A stretch of DNA of 64,000 nucleotides from Minisyncoccota bacterium (GCA_041651055.1 JBAZJW010000003.1:18089-82088); one strand, 5' to 3'. Positions 38,685 to 48,175 are shown, counted from the stretch's first letter. Program-made: numbers and translations. Notes: generated by a model not told the origin, from the letters alone.

Positions 38685-40061
38685 TCATTCCTTCTTCTTT
38701 GTTTCGTGCTTTATCTCGTGCCTGCGCGTTATGGGCTCTACTCCGACAGCTTCGAATATCTTCGGCAGAGCCGCTGTTCCCTGCATCACGGTATTCAGGA
38801 TGGATCCGCCAAGTCCCATGTCTGACGTATCCCCTGTCTGGACTATCGTTATCTTGTCTCCGATGTTCTTCAGGGGCTCTGCTATTCTCTCGGCTATCAA
38901 AGGAAGCGTCTCTATCTTCATTATCTCAAGGCCGCTCTGGTTCAATTCCTTGTATGCTTCCGCCTTCTTCTGGACTCCTTCCGCTTCGGCTAGAAGCTTT
39001 TGTTTCTGTCCCTCCGCTTCGGCCAGTAATTTTGCCTTTATTGCTTCCGCTTCCCCGATCCCTTCCAGCTTCTTCTTCTCGGACTCTCCCGCCGCAATAG
39101 CGATCGTCTTGACTTTCTCGGCCTCTCCTTCAAGCTGCTGTATTTCCTTGTTTCGTTCGGATATCTCTACTTGTTTCTGCTTCTGTATTAGTTCGATCTT
39201 CATCTGCTCTTCTTTCAGTTTCTGTGTTTGTATGGCAGTCTCTATATCCTTTGCCTTGTCGGCCATGGCCTGCTGCGTGAATGTCTCCTGGTTGTATAGC
39301 GCCATCTTTATCTGTTTTTCTTTTTCGTATTCTGCTATCTTTGTCTGCGCTATGTTCTCCTGCTCGCTTGCTTCCTGGTTCGCCTTGGCGGTCGCCTTCC
39401 GGGACTCGCTCTTCGCGTTGGCTTCGGCTATCTCCGCTGCTTTTATCTTTTCGGCAAGCTCCTTTGCGTAGAGGGACTCTATGTACCCTCTGCCGGTCTC
39501 TTTCTTTGTTGACGATGAATCGCTGATGTCCTTTATCGTGAAGGATACTATCGAGAGGCCCATCTTCTCCAGGTCGTCTTTTGCGTTCTCAAGGACCCTT
39601 TTGTTGAAGCTTTCCCGGTCCTGTATCAATTCCTCGACTGTCATGTTGGCGCATATCGCCCTTATGTGGCCCTCCATTGTCTCTTCTATCTTCTGCATTA
39701 TCCTTTCGGTCTCAAAGCCCAGGAATGATTTTGATACGTTGGCGTATCCTTCTTCGGTGTCCTGCAACTGTAATTGTGCGACTGCTTCCACGTCGACGGG
39801 AACGATAAGCTGAGTCTGCACGTTTTCCTTTACTATTGTGACGGTCATAAGCTGTTTTGTTATGGACCACGCTTCTTCCAGGACAGGGAATATGAGCGTT
39901 GCTCCTCCCGACACGAATCTTGTTCCTTTCCTTCCGGAGATCACCATAAGCTTTGACGGGGGTACTTTGATATAGTTCCTGCTCATAACATACGCTCCCC
40001 CCATGACCGCTATTGCTCCCCCGCCGACTATTATCGGCAGCACGAATCCGTCGATGTTCAT
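38685..40061 (-). CDS. flotillin / SPFH (band 7) domain protein
   Basis: N-terminal TM segment, SPFH core (VISGRKGTRFVSGGATLIFPVLE...TVEELIQDRESFNKRV...GLSIVSFTIKDISD) and long Ala/Glu-rich coiled coil (AEAEGQKQKLLAEAEG). Confidence 0.7.
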   Translation of the reverse strand: MNIDGFVLPIIVGGGAIAVMGGAYVMSRNYIKVPPSKLMVISGRKGTRFVSGGATLIFPVLEEAWSITKQLMTVTIVKENVQTQLIVPVDVEAVAQLQLQDTEEGYANVSKSFLGFETERIMQKIEETMEGHIRAICANMTVEELIQDRESFNKRVLENAKDDLEKMGLSIVSFTIKDISDSSSTKKETGRGYIESLYAKELAEKIKAAEIAEANAKSESRKATAKANQEASEQENIAQTKIAEYEKEKQIKMALYNQETFTQQAMADKAKDIETAIQTQKLKEEQMKIELIQKQKQVEISERNKEIQQLEGEAEKVKTIAIAAGESEKKKLEGIGEAEAIKAKLLAEAEGQKQKLLAEAEGVQKKAEAYKELNQSGLEIMKIETLPLIAERIAEPLKNIGDKITIVQTGDTSDMGLGGSILNTVMQGTAALPKIFEAVGVEPITRRHEIKHETKKKE

Positions 40062-40639
40062 TTTTCAGCCTCTCTTGATGCTTTTTTTACTTTCAACATG
40101 TCGCCGCATAGTCCGGCGACTATTACATTCGTTCCCTTGGGCAGGCTTTCGTCCGAGACCGCCAGTAAAGACTTATGGCTCCCGTCTACGAAAAGAACTT
40201 CCCCCTTGTCGCCCGCGCCCTTTATCTCCACTGTCACTACGCCCTCTTTTCCTATGAAATCCCTCAGCTTGCGTATAGAGCTTGGCGAATTGGAGAACAC
40301 CTTGGACATTAGATACGTTGATGAGACGGTTATCGCTAAAGAGATAAAAAGCGACGCAGGAACCAGGACAAAAGGACTCATTTCAGGATACGCGAGCAGG
40401 AGATATACCCCGGCCCCTCCGAAAGTCGTGCAGAACGCGCCCATCGCGAATGTGCCAAAGCCGTGGAAAGACACTCCGTCGAATGCATCCCCCAGGAGGG
40501 ATATGCCATCCAACGCGTTGCCCACGCCTTCCAATACCCCTTCCAGGGCGTCGCCTAATATGTCGGCAAAGAAGCTGACAACTGTGATCAATAGCCCCAT
40601 CAAGAATATTATTCCGAAAACTAGTAGAATATCTATCAT
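40058..40639 (-). CDS. NfeD-like membrane protein (YuaF/YqiJ type), operon partner of flotillin
   Basis: multi-TM N-terminus plus C-terminal OB-like beta domain GKEGVVTVEIKGAGDKGEVLFVDGSHKSLLAVSDESLPKGTNVIVAGL; 4-nt overlap with flotillin gene. Confidence 0.6.
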   Translation of the reverse strand: MIDILLVFGIIFLMGLLITVVSFFADILGDALEGVLEGVGNALDGISLLGDAFDGVSFHGFGTFAMGAFCTTFGGAGVYLLLAYPEMSPFVLVPASLFISLAITVSSTYLMSKVFSNSPSSIRKLRDFIGKEGVVTVEIKGAGDKGEVLFVDGSHKSLLAVSDESLPKGTNVIVAGLCGDMLKVKKASREAEK

Positions 40640-40796
40640 TTTTATTGAATAATATTTAGATTATGTTATATTTATATAAATATTCTGTATAAAACTTTGA
40701 TTCTTTCCTGAATTTGTAGATTTGTGGGAAGTGAGCGAATGTAGTGCCTAACTTTCCGGACCAAAAAAAATATTTAAATAATCAGAAAACACATAC

Positions 40797-41309
40797 ATGT
40801 ATGTGATGAAAGCCAGCAAACATCGCATGCTTTCTTTTATGATGGTCGCCGCGTCTACCGCTGCCGGCGCGAACTCCGTAATGGGCCCTCTGACAGGCAT
40901 TTGGGGAGTGGCAATGATATTCTTATTCCTCCCGGTATGGCTTCTTGAGGCCGTAATCATTTACTTCGCAGCAAGGAAGATATGTTCCTACAGTATAAGC
41001 CTCAAGCGCGCATTTATCACGTCTTTTGCAGCCAACACCGCCTCGACAATAGGCGGCCTTATGGCAATGCAAATTTGCTACTTTATTACCTTCCTACTGT
41101 TCCATAACTATACCCTGAGCATATTTTACGAGATCGTCCCCGTCTTTGCCCTGGGTTTTGTGATAACGGTCATCATAGAAACGGTCGTGGTGCATATCTC
41201 AGTCAAGGATAAAGGCAGAGGCTGCAAGCCTTTTTATATTTCCATGCTGATGAATCTGGCGTCATATGCCCTGCTTGCAGCGCTTGCAGTCATCAGATAC
41301 AGTCGTTGA
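40797..41309 (+). CDS. integral membrane protein (4-5 TM helices)
   Basis: hydrophobic segments throughout; GC-rich codon usage like neighbours. Confidence 0.4.
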   Translation: MYVMKASKHRMLSFMMVAASTAAGANSVMGPLTGIWGVAMIFLFLPVWLLEAVIIYFAARKICSYSISLKRAFITSFAANTASTIGGLMAMQICYFITFLLFHNYTLSIFYEIVPVFALGFVITVIIETVVVHISVKDKGRGCKPFYISMLMNLASYALLAALAVIRYSR

Positions 41310-41634
41310 CGTTCTTAAGCCACATTAGCAGCGTCGACTGAACCGTTCCGGATGCCTCGGCGCTTATCCTCTCCGCGTCGTATCCGAACGTTATTAGCAG
41401 GTTCTCGAGAGCCCGGACCAATAGTTCGTAGTACTTGTCCGGATCGTATTCCCCCCGTATCTGCTTCGGCGTGTAGCGCCGCTCGGGCTTCTTCGCGCAG
41501 GCATCTGTTATCACGTACTCGACCGATTCCCCCGGCCGGGTCTTCAGACCGTAGCGTTCCAGCTTTTCCATCACGACCTTTTGCGCCGCCGCGCTCTTGT
41601 ATTCATTCCGCTCCCTTGTCACGCTCTTGAACAT
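41293..41634 (-). pseudogene. C-terminal (thumb-tip) fragment of a family-B DNA polymerase gene, truncated at the block boundary
   Basis: RERNEYKSAAAQKVVMEKLERYG...EYDPDKYYELLVRALENLLITFGYDAERI parallels archaeal PolB C-termini (..[24 protein letters not shown]...[29 protein letters not shown]); in-frame stop 12 codons upstream of the ATG in low-GC DNA. Confidence 0.5.
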
Positions 41635-41913
41635 ACAATTGACTACAAGCAGAAAGGCGTAGATATACTACTATCTATGGATTTAGTAAAGTTGGTTTCT
41701 AAGGAAGAAATAAACAAAGCAGTACTAATAACTGGTGACAGTGACTTTGTGCCTGCGGTTCGAATGGCAAAGGATGATACGATCCAAATTTATTTGATAC
41801 ATGGTACTAGAATCCATAATGGAAAAACTCTTCCACTAGCTCATGATGAACTTTATTCGTTATGTGACGAACGCATACCTATAACAAAGGAGCTACTTAA
41901 AAGGCTGACCTAA
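41634..41913 (+). pseudogene. C-terminal half of the LabA/NYN-domain gene
   Basis: KQKGVDILLSMDL...AVLITGDSDFVPAVRMAKDDTIQIYLI matches NYN gk.dvDialavDa...vvLvSgDsDFaplv...G..V.v. Confidence 0.55.
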
Positions 41914-42076
41914 TCATCTCTTTCTGCTAATAAACTCCCTCGTCTGCTAATAAAGTCGCTGGTTTTCATGACTAAATTAGCAAAGCCAGTATAGATATGT
42001 TAGGATAAGTATAAAACAGATAGAAGAATCTAAGGGGATACCAAGAAGAATCCAGAGAAGTATTAACCTGGAATAC

Positions 42077-42310
42077 CTACTTGAAGTCGAAGGCTTCGAT
42101 AACTTCATCCGGTGTTGGATTATATATGTCTCCACACCCAATTGTTCCATCATATTCATTTTCTTTGTCAACTACAAGAGCGCGTTTAGGCATGGTTCTC
42201 TTCTTGTATCCACAAAGGGGACATGCTTCTCCCGGCTTCCTGCTATCAATTCGTTCTTTCCTTTTAAGCACCTTATCCAAGTATGCTCCGATCTTATCCA
42301 ATGTGTTCAT
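42077..42310 (-). CDS. zinc-ribbon protein
   Basis: CPLCGYKK...GCGD. Confidence 0.35.
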   Translation of the reverse strand: MNTLDKIGAYLDKVLKRKERIDSRKPGEACPLCGYKKRTMPKRALVVDKENEYDGTIGCGDIYNPTPDEVIEAFDFK

Positions 42311-42497
42311 TTTATGTGTATAAGTTATGAGAGAAATTGGAGCCAGTCAGGATTTGCACCTGACAACCTGGGGACATTGTACTGTGTCAATCCCATACTG
42401 TAACAGCAGCGGCACTACAATCTTTCTCCGCCCTTGACTCCATTAATATATGAGAGTATTATGTAGAATTGATGAAAAAAGTTAATGAAAAAAAGAG

Positions 42498-42770
42498 TTA
42501 GAGCTTATTTCTCTTCTCCATATCATTCCATAACTCAGTCATCATCAAGTAGAAACCAGCTATAGTTATCCCCCAAAAGAATGCAGTAATAAAGAGTTCA
42601 GGTAATGCTTCTCCATAGTTGTTAATTGCAACCCATGATTTTTTAGAGCTGTCCATCCAGCTTGTAAACCATACAAGCTGTAGTAGGGAGGCAAGACCCG
42701 TGCTCCATATAAGAGATATTAACTTGACATACCTTCTAATAATGTGTTTATCCATTTTTTTAGAGCACAT
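42498..42770 (-). CDS. small membrane protein
   Basis: 2-3 TM helices. Confidence 0.35.
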   Translation of the reverse strand: MCSKKMDKHIIRRYVKLISLIWSTGLASLLQLVWFTSWMDSSKKSWVAINNYGEALPELFITAFFWGITIAGFYLMMTELWNDMEKRNKL

Positions 42771-43188
42771 AAATGAATCTATCTCCTGTTGTTTCCCTGG
42801 TTAAAGCCCTCCAAGGCCACTTATCCTCCATACCAATTACCTGGTTTCCTTCTAATTCAATCACTCCAGGTCTTGAAGTCTCCGGAACAACCAGGGAATA
42901 TGTAACTTTGGATGGTATTGGAGAGAAATAAGTCCATAAAAGCCACTCTATTTTTCCATACCTCACCATTCCATTGTTCGATATATTGGTGACATTAAAA
43001 CCATCAGGTATAGATTCTTCAATTCCAACAACTACTGTATCATTTGTCTTTGTTATGTCCAATGATATAGAGTAATTGTATCCTCTATGCATTATTAAAG
43101 AGCTACAGTCTCGTTCAATTGTTGCGGTTCCATAACAGGTTCCTATCAGCGCAAGAATTAGTATTCCTGCTATTGTTTTTGTATTCAT
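42760..43188 (-). CDS. secreted protein with signal peptide
   Basis: MNTKTIAGILILALIGTCYG hydrophobic leader; NxS/T sequons. Confidence 0.4.
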   Translation of the reverse strand: MNTKTIAGILILALIGTCYGTATIERDCSSLIMHRGYNYSISLDITKTNDTVVVGIEESIPDGFNVTNISNNGMVRYGKIEWLLWTYFSPIPSKVTYSLVVPETSRPGVIELEGNQVIGMEDKWPWRALTRETTGDRFIYVL

Positions 43189-43397
43189 CTTAGTTTATTT
43201 ACTCTATTTATATTCACTTCAGGGAATTTGGCTTCCAACAAAAAACCTATGATTTCTTCAACACCATCATCTCTCATACGTACTATTGAGATTAGGCGAG
43301 TAACATAGCCCATCTTTTCAAGTTTATCACATTTAGGGTAAAAATCCTTAAGAGTCATATTTAGAGGGAGAGACTCTGATACTGTAGGTTCAACCAT
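43185..43397 (-). CDS. hypothetical protein
   Basis: ORF in array. Confidence 0.3.
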   Translation of the reverse strand: MVEPTVSESLPLNMTLKDFYPKCDKLEKMGYVTRLISIVRMRDDGVEEIIGFLLEAKFPEVNINRVNKLR

Positions 43398-43456
43398 TTT
43401 CTGTTTAAATAATAGAATAATAAGTATTTATATTTGTATGTCTAATATTAGTTTGT

Positions 43457-43780
43457 ATGGATCCAATAACATACAATGCATTGGTAGGAGTAATAGCTGC
43501 AGGAGTGCTGGCTATGAGTACGTATATAAGGAAAAGAGAGCAGGATGGTACGAGTTTTGAGTTTTCAAAGCTTCTAGCCACAGGGATAACAGGGATTATT
43601 GTAGGGATAAGTGCGGCATTCATGGGGATACAGGTGAGTGAGTCATGGCTGCTAATACAGTTGGGAGCATATGCAGGATTCACTTCCATACTTGAGTCCT
43701 GGATTCGTATAGTCCTTACAAAGCTTAGAGGAATAGGAGTTGTTAATTCCTTGTACTCGAAGATCTATAAGACTGTATGA
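43457..43780 (+). CDS. small membrane protein (only + strand gene in this block)
   Basis: three TM helices. Confidence 0.3.
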   Translation: MDPITYNALVGVIAAGVLAMSTYIRKREQDGTSFEFSKLLATGITGIIVGISAAFMGIQVSESWLLIQLGAYAGFTSILESWIRIVLTKLRGIGVVNSLYSKIYKTV

Positions 43781-44015
43781 TCTGTTCTTCTTTCTTTTTT
43801 TCTTTTATCCTATTTGATTCATCTATTGATTTACGTGCTTCTTTCAGTGATTCTTCTTCTGTTAAATGTTTGAAGAAGCAGCGGATTCCGCGAGCATAGT
43901 TCTCAACCCTATTATCTTCAGGCATCACTATTGGTTCTCTCTTTGATATTTCATTCGATTCAATTGTTTCTATGTCCTCATATGTTTCCGTGTCCATTTT
44001 AGTGTAAATCAGCAA
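43743..44015 (-). CDS. hypothetical protein
   Basis: ORF in array. Confidence 0.3.
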   Translation of the reverse strand: MLIYTKMDTETYEDIETIESNEISKREPIVMPEDNRVENYARGIRCFFKHLTEEESLKEARKSIDESNRIKEKKKEEQIIQSYRSSSTRN

Positions 44016-44046
44016 TAATTTGTAATAAGTAATGATTTGTAGTATT

Positions 44047-44427
44047 TTAGTAATAATGTGAGAGAGCCATTATCTTGAATGCTTTATTAGTCATATCAAT
44101 ATCATTCTTATCAATGAAATTAACTAAAGGCATGATCAGTTCATCTAACTCTTTGTTTTCAATCTCGATGTAATCCAAATTGCCTCCATCTTCATCACTA
44201 TCACTCATTGCAAGTATGTTACCAATGAGACAATATTCTCCTGACATTCCATCAGTTACTATACGGATTCCTCTATTCTCTTCAATGTCTGAGTATTCGT
44301 CAAAGGCAAATTCAGCAAGAGAGGAGTCTTCAATCCCATCAGGCAATAGTTTCCTGTATTCTTCCTCGTTCAGTTTTATCCCATACATTACCAGTGTTAC
44401 GCAGTGTGTGCTCATTTTGGTTTCCAC
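44047..44427 (-). CDS. hypothetical acidic protein
   Basis: ORF in array. Confidence 0.3.
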   Translation of the reverse strand: METKMSTHCVTLVMYGIKLNEEEYRKLLPDGIEDSSLAEFAFDEYSDIEENRGIRIVTDGMSGEYCLIGNILAMSDSDEDGGNLDYIEIENKELDELIMPLVNFIDKNDIDMTNKAFKIMALSHYY

Positions 44428-44798
44428 TTCTCTTTGTACATCTTTTCATATAATTCAAGTAAGTAGTTGTAGAAGTCTGTTGCAAGTTCCTGAGAGTGTC
44501 CTACTTTAAGTAATTCCTTCTCCCATGCTCTATAAGGAGTATAACTACATGCAGTTTGTTTATTATTACATAGACCAAGTACACAGTAATTTACACCACT
44601 TCCAGCATAATTGTAGAGTTCACAAAAAGGACAGTCAAATTTTCTAGGTCCAATCCCAAGTTCATCCAAGAGTTTTCCTTTCAAGTTATTTAAGTTTCCA
44701 TAACTTGTTGATGGTGTATTGCTTAGTTCCTTCCATAATAGAAGACACTCATTGAATGCTTTCCTATTTCGTTTGCTTGGCTTCATGTATACTTCCAT
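44412..44798 (-). CDS. hypothetical protein with Cys motifs
   Basis: CPFCEL...CVLGLC. Confidence 0.3.
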   Translation of the reverse strand: MEVYMKPSKRNRKAFNECLLLWKELSNTPSTSYGNLNNLKGKLLDELGIGPRKFDCPFCELYNYAGSGVNYCVLGLCNNKQTACSYTPYRAWEKELLKVGHSQELATDFYNYLLELYEKMYKEKWKPK

Positions 44799-44822
44799 TT
44801 TACCTCTAATATATTGAGATAG

Positions 44823-45275
44823 TTATTCAACAAAAACATACTCATACATATAAACGGGATATCCTGACTCATCATGTCCATATTTTGTATTAGCCGTTCT
44901 TTTAAACACCAATGGTTGAGGCATACTAACAGGTATATTCATCGCTTCACATACTTCATATATCTTGTTTGATCTTCTAGGAAATTGGATTATATCTCCT
45001 GCATATTCAGAAAAAAATTTAGTATCAAAGGTGTGTGTATCAAGCTTATGCTTTATTTCCTTTAGCTCTGTAGAATACCTCTTTTCCTTTGTATTTAGTT
45101 CTTCCTCAAAAGGATCCAAGATTTTTGCTTTTGTATATATTGATACATCAAGTTTATCTCTTATTTTCTTAATATCTTTTTTACATATCCTTATATCATC
45201 TAATTCCATCTGTATTGCTTTGATCCTGCTTCTAGATCTAGCTTCAAATGAATCATATGGGTTTATTGCTTCCAT
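44823..45275 (-). CDS. hypothetical protein
   Basis: ORF in array. Confidence 0.3.
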   Translation of the reverse strand: MEAINPYDSFEARSRSRIKAIQMELDDIRICKKDIKKIRDKLDVSIYTKAKILDPFEEELNTKEKRYSTELKEIKHKLDTHTFDTKFFSEYAGDIIQFPRRSNKIYEVCEAMNIPVSMPQPLVFKRTANTKYGHDESGYPVYMYEYVFVE

Positions 45276-45281
45276 TTTACT

Positions 45282-45746
45282 TTATTCTTTCACTACTTTG
45301 ATTGTTAGAGTGGTTGATCCTTCGATCCATGGAGGCATCTTATCTGATTGAGCAAATGACTCACACCATCCATACAAGAAGTGGTTCATATAGTTATTTT
45401 CAAAATCTATCCAATTATCTATGGTAACTTCACGAGTCCAGTTTTCATAAGTGGCATCGTCCATACCAGAATATTTCCTAGTGTCTTCTATTTCATCAGT
45501 GACATCCTCAGTGTATGTATGTTTGCCGTCTGTGATTATTACTTTGACTCTTAGGGGTTTCTTCAAAGTATCCAATGCTTCCTTTAGTTCAGGGATGCAG
45601 TTGGATTCTAAGAATAGCAGCAATTCAAGACGAGTAATTCCGTTGCCTTCATCCAGTACTATCATATCTATTGGTTCATTGTTATTTGCTCCAAGAGTCA
45701 ATAGGATATACTTCTTCAACACTTCCCTAGCTTGTATTTTGTCCAT
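45282..45746 (-). CDS. hypothetical protein
   Basis: ORF in array. Confidence 0.3.
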   Translation of the reverse strand: MDKIQAREVLKKYILLTLGANNNEPIDMIVLDEGNGITRLELLLFLESNCIPELKEALDTLKKPLRVKVIITDGKHTYTEDVTDEIEDTRKYSGMDDATYENWTREVTIDNWIDFENNYMNHFLYGWCESFAQSDKMPPWIEGSTTLTIKVVKE

Positions 45747-46002
45747 TGTATATACTACATAAAAATTGCGCTTTTAGTACGTATTCAGAAGACCCAACTG
45801 GATATTCTTCTATTACCGCCGTTCCTTTGATTATCTTTCCAATATTACAGCTTAATCCTGGAGCAATATCCAAAGTTACAGGGATCTCAATGTCTTCATT
45901 ATTAATTTGGTCTCTCATTTTGTGAAGAGATTCAAGTGAAAAACTAACACCCTTGTTTTTCCCTGACACAGCTAAAACTGCAATATATGTCTTAGGTTCC
46001 AT
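45727..46002 (-). CDS. hypothetical protein
   Basis: ORF in array. Confidence 0.3.
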   Translation of the reverse strand: MEPKTYIAVLAVSGKNKGVSFSLESLHKMRDQINNEDIEIPVTLDIAPGLSCNIGKIIKGTAVIEEYPVGSSEYVLKAQFLCSIYNGQNTS

Positions 46003-46008
46003 TGTATA

Positions 46009-46191
46009 TTATTCCTTAGTCTTATTCTTAATGATCCTACGTATATCCCTTAACTTACTTGTCAATGTTTGAGCCATTTCAGTGAAGTCAACCCAGTCAT
46101 CAAAAGAAAGTTTTTTATCCTTTGAGTAGTTGGCTAAATTAGTCAATTCATCATCAATGATTTGACACGATTCCTTAACTGTTCGGCTCAT
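46009..46191 (-). CDS. hypothetical protein
   Basis: ORF in array. Confidence 0.25.
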   Translation of the reverse strand: MSRTVKESCQIIDDELTNLANYSKDKKLSFDDWVDFTEMAQTLTSKLRDIRRIIKNKTKE

Positions 46192-46373
46192 GTTTAATCT
46201 CCTAAGTATTCATTTAATATACGACTCAAGTTGAGTTTGAGCTGTTCTTTCTTAACTCCGATCATATCATCAGACGAGGGGTATTTATATTTGAGATACT
46301 ATCCATCAATAGCAGAACATAATATAATCTCCAGTTGTTCTATTAAGTTTGATGAGACCATTGTAGTAACTAT

Positions 46374-46877
46374 TCAATATTCTCCCTCCTCATAATCTAT
46401 TGAGAAATCTGAGATAAATAGTTCAATGTCAATAGAGAATCCAGCTTTGATCAATTCATCAGCCCACTTCCTCCTCAACATACGTATAGCAGTCCTGGGT
46501 TTATGCAAAGACATCAAGTAATCCTGATCTGATTTGAATCTGGAATCAATTTCATTTAGGATGACGGCGCGATTGGATTCATCTATCTTCACAACCTGCT
46601 GCTCTAATAGGAGAGAGGGATATATGATTTGAAGTTCATGGACTGTTGTAGATGAGGCTCCCTTGAATATGAAGGTGGCGCGCTTCAGATTGCGAGTACC
46701 TGGCTCATGCTCCTTTATTATCTGAAGCGTCCCTTTCAGTTCAGGGGGTATCAGCCAGAGGTATTTTTCAGCCAGGTAGTTGCCTATCCATTTCCATTTG
46801 TCTCTTTTGCGGTACTTCTCAAATTCTTTTCGGTTTCCTTCGTATTCTACTCCTGAGATCGTTGCTGTGTAATCCAT
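46374..46877 (-). CDS. hypothetical protein
   Basis: ORF in array. Confidence 0.35.
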   Translation of the reverse strand: MDYTATISGVEYEGNRKEFEKYRKRDKWKWIGNYLAEKYLWLIPPELKGTLQIIKEHEPGTRNLKRATFIFKGASSTTVHELQIIYPSLLLEQQVVKIDESNRAVILNEIDSRFKSDQDYLMSLHKPRTAIRMLRRKWADELIKAGFSIDIELFISDFSIDYEEGEY

Positions 46878-46882
46878 CTTAA

Positions 46883-47056
46883 TTAGAAGTCTATTCCTCC
46901 AAATTGCCAGGAGTAAACTATTCTACCATCAACCATAAAAGGCTCACCAGTATTTGGATCAACTGATGCATGACACTTGGAACATTCAGAAGCACATGCA
47001 CCAATGTTTATTCCTATATGCCCGCAGGCTCCACACTTTATTTCTTTTGTTTCCAT
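46883..47056 (-). CDS. small zinc-ribbon protein (57 aa)
   Basis: METKEIKCGACGH...CSKCHASVDPNTG; fills the gap between neighbours; below ORF-track cutoff. Confidence 0.35.
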   Translation of the reverse strand: METKEIKCGACGHIGINIGACASECSKCHASVDPNTGEPFMVDGRIVYSWQFGGIDF

Positions 47057-47544
47057 TGTTTAGTGAATGATTTCAATGAGGGTTCATCCTCGAATAGTTT
47101 CCAGAAGCGGGATGCTTCAATGTAGGACTGTTGTCGTGAGGGGGGCCAGGCTGACATGCGGGAAAGGTTGGAGGCGCGGTCACACATCTTTATCATTACA
47201 GCATCCCTTGATTTCAAGTTGGGGAAATAGTAGCCTGTTGATTTAGTTCCAGCGTGAGTGAGTTCATTGATTAGTTTAACTGCTCTTTCGTCAAAGACTT
47301 CCAGCAGTTGAGAGTATGTCAAATGCAAGTCTTCAACCAAGTCATGACCATAAGCTTCTTGGATTACATGAGGTTGATCTGTTAATACTTTCACCATTGA
47401 GACTACTGGGAGGAGGTGGGCGTTGAAGTAGGGGATGCCCTCATCGTCCAATACATCTTTGAATGCGGCGGCAGTGTAAGAGTAAATGCGTTGCTCCCAT
47501 TGGGGCAAGTATAGGAAGTCCTTAAGTGTTTGATCGTCTTTCAT
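47038..47544 (-). CDS. HD-domain phosphohydrolase-like protein
   Basis: H..(x29)..HD..ED: YFNAHLLPVV...AYGHDLVEDL compatible with YfbR-type HD hydrolases. Confidence 0.35.
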   Translation of the reverse strand: MKDDQTLKDFLYLPQWEQRIYSYTAAAFKDVLDDEGIPYFNAHLLPVVSMVKVLTDQPHVIQEAYGHDLVEDLHLTYSQLLEVFDERAVKLINELTHAGTKSTGYYFPNLKSRDAVMIKMCDRASNLSRMSAWPPSRQQSYIEASRFWKLFEDEPSLKSFTKQWKQKK

Positions 47545-47692
47545 TTTAATTTGGGTTTAGTCCAACCAGTGCTTACAACAAAAGTATCTCTCGGATCTAC
47601 GTTGTATTTGTCATCAACTTCTATAGTTAGTTCCCCTGTGAGAGTATCCATTGAAGGCTCTCCTTTGAAATGAGCTACAAGAACTTTCATTT

Positions 47693-48133
47693 TTATTCAG
47701 ACGGTTTGAATAGATCTTTTCCATAAGAAATATTCCTAAGTGTTCTTTTTTGCTCATCAGATAAATTTGAATCATTTATCTTCTTTAGTTCCTCTTGAAG
47801 TTCGTCCTTTGCAGGAGCTACAATAGTGGCCCAAGTCTCTGAACCTGCAAGAGAACTTGTCATGTAAGGATAGGTTTTGTTTGACGTAGTGAATGTAAGA
47901 TTAGACAAGTGGTAGCCATAATGTTTTCCATACTCATGATAACAATTCTCATCAAATTCACATTCAGAACATTCATAGGTGCCGAGAGTGACAATGCCTT
48001 TGAAGTCTCCCTTGGTTTGTATAAGGTCACCCAAGCTGATATCTTTTCCATTCATATCCTTAATTCCAATAGGTATCTTTTTCATTTTAAGTATAGTCAA
48101 AATATGCTTCCATCTCAAGAATCTCCTGACCAA
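47693..48133 (-). CDS. hypothetical protein with Cys pair
   Basis: YECSECEFDENC; immediately downstream of promoter-like repeat copy 2. Confidence 0.35.
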   Translation of the reverse strand: MVRRFLRWKHILTILKMKKIPIGIKDMNGKDISLGDLIQTKGDFKGIVTLGTYECSECEFDENCYHEYGKHYGYHLSNLTFTTSNKTYPYMTSSLAGSETWATIVAPAKDELQEELKKINDSNLSDEQKRTLRNISYGKDLFKPSE

Positions 48134-48175
48134 TCTGCTTCAACGGATTGTAAAAAAAAGAAGGGGATTTTATTT

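Larger units (their letters stand above)
36751..41634. other. 4.9-kb GC-richer foreign block (captured cellular DNA or assembly chimera) inserted into the NYN gene
   Basis: abrupt GC shift at both ends; left end inside RNase P RNA-like sequence, right end inside PolB C-terminal fragment; interior carries GGCT, flotillin, NfeD, membrane protein. Confidence 0.55.

Noticed and set aside
38699-39813. + strand ORFs (133, 246, 81 and 110 aa) antisense to the flotillin gene
   Set aside because: They are the reverse-frame artefact of a GC-rich, repeat-rich coiled-coil gene. Their Ser/Ala/Phe-rich, low-complexity composition supports this.
36751-41634. Group II intron (or other self-splicing intron) interrupting the NYN gene
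   Set aside because: There is a structured 5' region, but no domain V-like motif or reverse-transcriptase ORF near the 3' end. The 3' end instead encodes a PolB fragment on the opposite strand, and the interior carries ordinary cellular genes.
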